In this document: piece after piece, positions 62,680 to 64,000 of the stretch
Layout: the number at the start of each line of letters is the position of its first letter
How positions within the stretch are numbered: the stretch's first letter is position 1
Assembly: GCF_009914755.1 (NCBI RefSeq)
Contig: NC_060935.1
From: the human T2T-CHM13v2.0 reference genome, Homo sapiens
Strand: one strand, 5' to 3'
DNA length: 64,000 nucleotides
The notes under the pieces: model-generated
What the model was told of the DNA's origin: nothing
The model's database searches: none
The model's input: the letters and a program-made list of their open reading frames with translations, nothing else
Program-made: the position numbers and the translations under genes

Positions 62680-62860
62680 ATTTAAGCTTCACAGCCACTC
62701 TATGAAGTAAATACCATTACCCCCATTTTATAGATGAGAATATGACCAGCCCAAGGTCACAAAGCTATTAATACTAAGAGGTAGAGAGTGTATATTAATC
62801 CCTGTTTTTCGGAAACCAAAGCCCTTGATGCTTTTTCTATAATACCATAATACTTTCACC
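62680..62860 (-). mobile_element. MIR
   Basis: ccccattttatagatgagaa...gcccaaggtcacaaagcta. Confidence 0.75.
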
Positions 62861-64000
62861 ACAAAATATAGGAGTAACAAAGTTAGAGCTTATACTTATT
62901 GGAATTTTGTTTCTTATAGTAATTCTCAAAAGAAGCAACAGCTTTAGGGAAATATATTTTATAAAAGGAAAATCAATTTTTCTTAATTTTATTTAAAAAA
63001 ATTGAAGCATACTAAATGGCCTCTAGCTAAAAGTTTATTTTTGTTGTGGGGAAGCACAAGGAAATAAATACTATTACAATGTTATATTTACCAGGTAATG
63101 TAATGTCAAAATACCAAAATAAAATTTATACTTTGTAAGTAAATTGCATGTATTCTTAAGAAAAAATATAAAACCATGACAATTATCTACAATTAGTCAA
63201 ATAAATGGTATACCTGAATATGAGTAAAATAAAAATTATAAAGTGGAGTGCTAACCCTTTATCACTATTGGGGAGACAAGGACTTAGAGAGGGAAGTCAA
63301 ATAGAAAAATTCTGCCTGTGATTTAGAATGTAAAGAAACATAGATAGTTGACTTTGCACTCATGGTAACACCAAGAAAATCTAGAGAGTATAAAAGACAT
63401 ACATTTTGTAGGACTACTGATATGTGGTGAGTTACAGCAGCTTTCAGGGGCAAATGGTGCAGGTGCAGGGAACAGAAAAGGAGATCTGCCAATGATCAAG
63501 AAACTTACCTTGTTAAAAAATGGTCAACAGAGCTATGGATAACGGTAGGATCAGCCAGGAAAGATGGATTTGAAAAATTCTCAAGTGCAGTATTATTTGC
63601 ACGTCATAAAAAGTCTTCCTACCTTATTCTTTCCCAAGTTTACTGAGAAAAGGGAAGTGAAGATAGGCTTGAAAAGCAACAAAGAATGTATGTATTCTTA
63701 AGAGAGTATGTATTTCTAAGAGTGCTAGAAAGCTTTGAATCTAGGCTCACAAACTAGTCAAAAAGACAATTTCCTAGGCAGCTACTACAGTGAGATTGAA
63801 GTTGACATAAACAAAATTGAACATAATCTGCTTAAAGTTGAGGCTCAATCACACACTCACCCGATATTAATAATTTCTGAATTATTACTGCCTCCCTTTT
63901 GTTACCAAATGTAGGGCAGAGCTCTCACTCTCTGGGAAAAACGTTTTCCTATAAAACATGTCTAGTATAATAAAATACAATACATGCAAAAAAGCAAGAA

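Overview
Primate, almost certainly human, genomic DNA. It is AT-rich, CpG-depleted and dense in Alu, L1, L2, MIR and LTR elements. The only supportable coding feature is a 51-nt minus-strand exon at 28018-28068 (VNGTEIEYEFEEITLER), which I recognise as DLG2 (PSD-93/chapsyn-110), encoding the linker and first strand of PDZ1. The rest of the window is DLG2 intron. There are no RNA genes, CRISPR arrays or prokaryote-type systems, and nearly all ORF-track entries are repeat-derived or random. The best leads are: (1) a ~1.1 kb composite insert inside an old L1PA element that looks like a 5'-inverted L1 3'-transduction carrying an Alu and an older L1 fragment; (2) two candidate DLG2-sense exons with good splice sites (31498-31626 and 63509-63642) that would introduce an immediate stop, the first also offering an in-frame ATG-ACC-AAG start; (3) a DLG2-sense LTR12 solo LTR with intact promoter motifs; (4) an in-situ inversion of an ancient L1 with a breakpoint at a younger L1 target site; (5) several perfect inverted repeats and template-switch scars. 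Repeat subfamilies and the boundaries of old repeats are by-eye estimates.
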